DNA of 64,000 nucleotides from Clostridia bacterium (GTDB lineage: Bacteria; Bacillota; Limnochordia; DTU080; RSA5). Each line of letters begins with the position of its first letter. Positions within the stretch are counted from its first letter, which is position 1. This document shows, piece after piece, positions 59,227-64,000 of the stretch. A program made the position numbers and the translations under genes. Location: contig PKEX01000001.1 in the NCBI GenBank assembly GCA_002919235.1, positions 5,289-69,288 on the forward strand, written 5' to 3'. Below the pieces are notes generated by a model. The model saw nothing but the letters and a program-made list of their open reading frames with translations, did not search any database and had not been told where the DNA came from.

Positions 59227-60383
59227 GCCTCCAGCTGATAGGACTTACCAAGCGTTTCGGCGACGTCACCGCCGTCGACGGCGTCCATCTCGCCGTGGAC
59301 CAGGGCGAGCTCCTGGCCGTGGTCGGCCCCTCCGGCTGCGGCAAGACCACGCTGATCCGCATGATCGCGGGGCTTGAAACGCCCGATGAAGGCCGCGTCC
59401 TGATCCGCGGGCGGGACGCCACCCACCTGCCGCCGGAGCGGCGCAACGTCAGCATCGTCTTTCAGAACTTCGCGCTCTTTCCCCAGATGACGGTGGCGGA
59501 AAACGTCGCCTACGGGCTGCGCTGGCGGCGCCTGGACCGCGCCGAGCGGCAGCGGCGGGTGACCGAGATGCTGGAGATGGTGGGGCTTTCCTCACTGCGC
59601 CACCGCCGCCCTCACCAGCTCTCCGCCGGGCAGCAGCAGCGGGCGGCGCTGGCCCGGGCCCTGGCGCCGCAGCCCGAGACCCTGCTCTTGGACGAGCCCT
59701 TGTCGGCCCTGGACGCCGACCTCAGGGAGCGGCTGCGCCTTGAGATCCGGAGGATCCAAAAGGAGCTGGGCATCACCACGATCCTGGTCACCCACGATCA
59801 GGAAGAAGCCCTGGGCATCGCGGACCGGGTGGCGGTGATGAACCAGGGCCGGCTGGTGCAGGTGGGCCGCCCGTGGGAGGTGTACGACGCCCCGGCGACG
59901 CCCTTTGTCGCCCGGTTCATCGGGAAAGGCACGCTGGTGGAAGCGAAAGCCGGCCCGGCCGGAGCAGAACTGAAGGGTCTGGGGCCCGTCCCGGCGGGCC
60001 ACGTCCCGCCTCGTTTCCGCAGCGCCGGCCGCGCGCTGGTCCTCATCCGGCCCGAAGCGGTGCGGCTCCTGGAGGACGGCGGCCCACCGCGATCGTTCTC
60101 TAACCCATCGGAGGCACCGGAGACACCGGAGCGCCCCGCTTCACCCGCGCCCGGCCTCCACTTCACGGCCGAGCTAGAGGACGTCACCTTCGCCGGCCAG
60201 GCAGGCATGGTCCACCTGCGCGCCGGGGAGCTGCGGCTCATCGCCTTCTGCCCCGGCCACCTCACGGCCCGCCTCAAGCCGCGGGCAGGCAGCCGGCTCG
60301 CCTGCTTCGTCCCCTACGATGCGCTGCGCTGGGTCGACCCCGGCGCCGACCGCCCGGCCGCCGGCGACAGCCAGCAGGGGTAG
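59223..60383 (+). CDS. thiQ: ABC transporter ATP-binding protein with C-terminal TOBE-like extension (ThiQ/PotA-like)
   Basis: ATGA overlap with thiP. Walker A GPSGCGKTTL, signature LSAGQQQRAALARAL, Walker [13 protein letters not shown]-loop VTHDQ. ~150-aa C-terminal extension. Confidence 0.85.
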   Translation: MSLQLIGLTKRFGDVTAVDGVHLAVDQGELLAVVGPSGCGKTTLIRMIAGLETPDEGRVLIRGRDATHLPPERRNVSIVFQNFALFPQMTVAENVAYGLRWRRLDRAERQRRVTEMLEMVGLSSLRHRRPHQLSAGQQQRAALARALAPQPETLLLDEPLSALDADLRERLRLEIRRIQKELGITTILVTHDQEEALGIADRVAVMNQGRLVQVGRPWEVYDAPATPFVARFIGKGTLVEAKAGPAGAELKGLGPVPAGHVPPRFRSAGRALVLIRPEAVRLLEDGGPPRSFSNPSEAPETPERPASPAPGLHFTAELEDVTFAGQAGMVHLRAGELRLIAFCPGHLTARLKPRAGSRLACFVPYDALRWVDPGADRPAAGDSQQG

Positions 60384-60417
60384 ATCTCCCGGCCGGCTCC
60401 CGGTCACGGGACGGCGC

Positions 60418-61125
60418 TCACCCGAGCGCGGTAGCCCGCCTCCGGTACACCCACGTCAAGAGGAGGCAGGCCACGGCGCACATCAACAGCAGGATGCCGG
60501 CGGTTTCCAGCAACCACGACGCGCGGGCGCCCGGGCCCGCTTCGGCGATGGTCACGTAGTAAAGGTGGGTGGTGGGCAGCACGCGGCCCACCTGCTTGAG
60601 CGTCTCGTTGAACACGGTGAAGGGCGGCAGCAAGATGAAGGCCAGGTAGAGCGGCATCCCTACCAGGCCGGTGGATAGGACGTTGGGCGCAAACAGCCCC
60701 ACGATCATTCCCAGGGGGATGCAGGCGGCGACACCCAGCGCAAAAAACAGGAGGAGCACCGGGATCCGGGCCGCTGGCACGCCCGCGAGGATGTAGGTGA
60801 TGAGCGCGAAGAGGAGGGTCATCACCAGGGTCATCAGGCCCTTGCCTATGAAAACCTCCGCGGGCGTGGCCGGGGAGAGCATCAGCACCTGGAGCGTCCT
60901 CTTCTCCCGCTCCTCGGCCACCAGCATCGACGGGACGTAGATCCCAGCCATCCCGGCCAGGAGCAGGACGCTGGTGGACGCGATCGCAGGGGCATCCATG
61001 GCATTCCCCAGCCGCTTGAAGATGACGGCGAAAATCAATGGCAGGGCGAACAGGATCGAGACGTTGAAGTTGGTCGCGATGTCCTGGGTCTCTTTGATAA
61101 AGATCGCAAGGATCCGGCGGACCAT
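60418..61125 (-). CDS. ABC-2 family transporter permease
   Basis: 235 aa, 6 TM. Immediately downstream of an ABC ATPase gene. Confidence 0.7.
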   Translation of the reverse strand: MVRRILAIFIKETQDIATNFNVSILFALPLIFAVIFKRLGNAMDAPAIASTSVLLLAGMAGIYVPSMLVAEEREKRTLQVLMLSPATPAEVFIGKGLMTLVMTLLFALITYILAGVPAARIPVLLLFFALGVAACIPLGMIVGLFAPNVLSTGLVGMPLYLAFILLPPFTVFNETLKQVGRVLPTTHLYYVTIAEAGPGARASWLLETAGILLLMCAVACLLLTWVYRRRATALG

Positions 61126-61151
61126 GGGGAGACCAGCTCCTTTCCCGGCGG

Positions 61152-62006
61152 CTAGACCAGCTCCTGCCCGGTCACCTTGATAAAAATCTCAGCCAAGCTG
61201 GGCTCTTGGGAGTGGATGGCCCGGAGCCGCCCCCGGCGCATCCAGTCCCCGATCTTCTCGGCGCTCTCCGTCCCGTTCAACGCCAGCACCTGCTCTTCCA
61301 GCGCGCCGTCGTCCCCCTCCACCAGGACCCGGACCTGCTGCGTCGAGTGCTCCAGTTTGAGGGCGCCGGGCGCCCCCACGGCGGCGATGATCCCCTGGCT
61401 GAGAAAGGCCACGCGGTGGCAGAGCCGGTCGACTTCCTGCATGTTGTGGGAGGTGAGGAAAATCGTCATCCCTTCCCGGTTGAGCTCTTCGAGAAACCGG
61501 TGGATCCGGTCGGCCGAGACGGGATCCAGGCCGGACGTGGGTTCGTCCAAGAACAGGATGCGCGGGCGGTGCAGGACAGCGCGGGCAAAGAGCGCCCGCT
61601 GCTTCATCCCCCGGGAGAGCGCCTTGACGGGCGTCCTTTTTTCCTTCAAGAGGCCCACCCGCTCCAGCACTTCGTCGATGCGTTTAAAGTCGAGACCCCA
61701 AAGGCGGCAGTAGAGCTCGAGGTTTTGCTGCAGCGTGAGACGCTCGTAGAGGTTGGCCTGGTCCGGCACCACCCCGATGAAGGGCTTCACGCGGGCCAGT
61801 TCCTTCCAGGGCTCCCAGCCCATGACCCGGGCTTCCCCGCCGGTGGGCGCCAGCTGCCCGGTGAGGATCTTGATGGCCGTGGTCTTGCCGGCGCCGTTGG
61901 GACCCAGGAACCCGAAAAACTCGCCCTCCTGCACCTCGAAGGAAATCCCCCGGAGTGCCCACTTCTCCTTATTGTATGCCTTGGTGAGACCCGCCACCCG
62001 GATCAT
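61152..62006 (-). CDS. ABC transporter ATP-binding protein (ABC-2/DrrA type)
   Basis: 284 aa. Walker [10 protein letters not shown], signature LSRGMKQRALFARAV, Walker B ILFLDEPTSGLD. Confidence 0.85.
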   Translation of the reverse strand: MIRVAGLTKAYNKEKWALRGISFEVQEGEFFGFLGPNGAGKTTAIKILTGQLAPTGGEARVMGWEPWKELARVKPFIGVVPDQANLYERLTLQQNLELYCRLWGLDFKRIDEVLERVGLLKEKRTPVKALSRGMKQRALFARAVLHRPRILFLDEPTSGLDPVSADRIHRFLEELNREGMTIFLTSHNMQEVDRLCHRVAFLSQGIIAAVGAPGALKLEHSTQQVRVLVEGDDGALEEQVLALNGTESAEKIGDWMRRGRLRAIHSQEPSLAEIFIKVTGQELV

Positions 62007-62270
62007 GATCCCGATTCACTCCCGTCCGGTCGCTTCCAAACTGAATATGCGGCGGCTGCGCGCCCCTTTCCTCCCCGCCCATCCGGAAGTGGTGGATGCG
62101 GCCAGCCGCCCGGCTCCTTGACGAACGGCCTCTCTTTGCCCGCGGCAAAGGCTGGCCTTGCCAGCGCCGACACAGGAGGAGAGACCGGCTTCATCGAGAA
62201 CTTCACTCTTCAAGTTTTTGGCTTTACACGGCCTTAGCATGATTCAAGGGGAAAAGGAGAGGGGAATACG

Positions 62271-63245
62271 TTGGTACGGGTTTTCCGACGGACTCTTGGG
62301 TGGGCGGCCGCGCTGGTGCTGCTCGCTTTCTCGCTCAGCGCGCAGGCGGCCCCCCTCCGGGTGGGCATCACCCAGATCGTGGAGCATCCCTCGCTGGACC
62401 AAGCGCGCCAGGGCTTCATCGACCGCCTGGGCGAGCTGGGCTACGTCGAAGGCGTGGACATCGTGTATGACATCCAAAGCGCCCAAGGGGACCTGGCGAC
62501 GGCCCAGACCATCGCCCGCAAGTTCCAGGCGGACGGCGTCGACTTGATCCTGGCCATCGCGACGCCGACTGCCCAAGCGGCGGCGCACATCGTGAAGGAC
62601 ATCCCTATTCTGATCACCGCCGTCACCGACCCGGTCGCCGCGGACCTGGTGCAGAGCATCGAGCGGCCGGGGACCAACGTGACCGGCACCTCGGACCTGA
62701 CGCCGGTCCGGGAGCAGCTGGAGCTGCTCAAGGAGATCGTGCCCCAGGCGCGGCGGGTCGGCGTGGTCTACAACGCCGGCGAGGTGAACTCCGTGGTCCA
62801 GGTGGAGCTGGCCCGCCAGGCCGCAGCCTCCCTGGGCTTCACCCTGGTGGAGGCGACGGCCGCGAACTCGTCCGAAGTGCTCCAGGCGGCCCAGTCGCTC
62901 CAAGGGCGGGTCGACGCCATCTACGTCCCCACCGACAACACCGTGGTCTCGGCGCTGGAGTCGGTGATCCTCGTAGCCGAGCGCGCCCGGCTCCCGCTGA
63001 TCGCCGGTGAAGCCGACAGCGTCGCCAAGGGCGCTTTGGCCACCCTGGGCATCGACTACTATAAGCTCGGCCGGCAGACCGCGGACATCGCCTACCGGGT
63101 GCTGCAGGGCGAGGATCCGGCCGGGATCCCCATCGAGTACCTGAACGACCTCGACCTGGTGGTCAACGTGGCCGCCGCAAAACGGATGGGCGTCACGATC
63201 CCTGACTCCGTCCTCGCCCGGGCGGACCAGGTGATCGAGGAATAG
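62271..63245 (+). CDS. ABC transporter substrate-binding protein (PF04392/ABC_sub_bind-type, uncharacterised ABC uptake system)
   Basis: TTG start with AAGGAGAGGGG upstream. Signal peptide LLAFSLSAQA. Conserved family pattern RVGITQIVEHPSLD...ILAIATP...YVPTDN. Confidence 0.75.
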   Translation: MVRVFRRTLGWAAALVLLAFSLSAQAAPLRVGITQIVEHPSLDQARQGFIDRLGELGYVEGVDIVYDIQSAQGDLATAQTIARKFQADGVDLILAIATPTAQAAAHIVKDIPILITAVTDPVAADLVQSIERPGTNVTGTSDLTPVREQLELLKEIVPQARRVGVVYNAGEVNSVVQVELARQAAASLGFTLVEATAANSSEVLQAAQSLQGRVDAIYVPTDNTVVSALESVILVAERARLPLIAGEADSVAKGALATLGIDYYKLGRQTADIAYRVLQGEDPAGIPIEYLNDLDLVVNVAAAKRMGVTIPDSVLARADQVIEE

Positions 63246-63349
63246 GCGCCGCAACGAAAGCCGGCGTCGCTCGGGGTGGAAGGCCTGAGCGGCCTTCCAC
63301 CCTTTTTTGAGCATGACGGGCACGACGGACCTGGGAAGGATGTACGGCC

Positions 63350-64000
63350 TTGAGCTGGCATGCGCTGGGTGGATCGATCGAACAGGGGCTCGCCTACGGG
63401 GTGCTGGCCCTCGGTGTGTACCTGACCTTCCGCGTCCTGCAGTTCGCGGATCTGACCGTCGACGGCACGTTTCCTCTGGGCGCCGCCGTGGCCGCCGTGC
63501 TCATCGTCGGCGGCACGTCCCCCGTCACCGCGGTGGCCGTCGCCTTTCTCGCGGGGGCGGCCGCGGGGGCGGTCACCGGCTTCATGCATACCAAGATGCG
63601 GATCGCCGGCCTCTTGGCCAGCATCCTGACGATGACGGCGCTCTATTCGGTCAACCTCCGCATCATGGGCCGGCCCAACGTCCCGCTCCTGCGCCAGCCC
63701 ACGATCTTCACCATGCTGGCCGAGCGGGGGTTTGACCACCCGCTCCAGGCTCTGGTGGTCTTCGGCGTCCTGGCGCTGCTGGTCAAGCTCAGCATCGACT
63801 GGTTTCTCAGCACCCACTTGGGCCTGGCCGTCCGGGCCACGGGCGACAACCCCGTCATGATCCGCAGCCTCGGCGTGAACACCGACTCCATGATCATCCT
63901 GGGACTGGCCTTCTCCAACGGCCTAGTGGCCCTGGCCGGCGCCATGATCGCCCAGTACCAGGGGTACGCCGACGTGGGGATGGGCCTCGGCACCATCATC
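63350..64000 (+). CDS. ABC transporter permease (BPD_transp_2/branched-chain-type) partner of the PF04392 SBP. 5' portion; gene runs off the window end.
   Basis: TTG start gives (M)SWHALGGSIEQGLAYGVLALGVYLTFRVLQFADLTVDGTFPLGAAV, then hydrophobic helices continuing to the window end. No stop within the window, so absent from the ORF track. Confidence 0.7.
   Translation, partial: MSWHALGGSIEQGLAYGVLALGVYLTFRVLQFADLTVDGTFPLGAAVAAVLIVGGTSPVTAVAVAFLAGAAAGAVTGFMHTKMRIAGLLASILTMTALYSVNLRIMGRPNVPLLRQPTIFTMLAERGFDHPLQALVVFGVLALLVKLSIDWFLSTHLGLAVRATGDNPVMIRSLGVNTDSMIILGLAFSNGLVALAGAMIAQYQGYADVGMGLGTII

Overview
High-GC (~70%) bacterial chromosomal segment, densely coding. Gene content resembles a thermophilic Bacillota-type lineage (IolB, B. 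subtilis-type CtaA, ResA/TlpA-like proteins); this assignment is inference only. Ordered contents: (1) an oppABCDF-type oligopeptide ABC operon on the minus strand (1-6376). (2) A LacI-family regulator with a palindromic operator, a stand-alone Crp-type HTH mini-protein and a HepT-like polyprenyl synthetase. (3) A minus-strand System I cytochrome c maturation (Ccm) locus in unusual order ccmE-A-B-C-D-tlpA-(Trx-ccmH fusion)-(ccmF-ccmI-like fusion) followed by an OmpR/HK two-component pair (9222-19112), with a divergent TlpA-like + DUF3105 pair. (4) A MOP-family flippase-like membrane protein, two Gfo/Idh/MocA oxidoreductases, DNA polymerase I and meso-DAP dehydrogenase. (5) A type-1 copper lipoprotein, heme A synthase, an MFS transporter and an ABC exporter. 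(6) A sugar-acid/inositol-type catabolic island (33456-49851): YjhG-like dehydratase, 2-hydroxyacid dehydrogenases, IolB, a TIM-barrel/class-I-aldolase fusion, DeoR and LacI regulators, an FGGY kinase and a sugar ABC transporter. The island is interrupted by a patatin-like phospholipase with a C-terminal TM domain and a 550-bp repeat-containing non-coding region. (7) Ung, DedA and an LLM oxidoreductase. (8) An ECF sigma/anti-sigma/DUF4097 envelope-stress module with a recognisable TGAAAC-N17-CGTCTA promoter. (9) A small OMP-like beta-barrel protein. (10) A TPP riboswitch controlling a thiamine ABC transporter (thiBPQ-like). (11) An ABC-2 exporter pair and the start of a PF04392-type ABC uptake system. 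No rRNA, tRNA, CRISPR array, transposase or integrase was recognised. Many long ORFs in the supplied track are antisense or frame artefacts of high GC and were not called.
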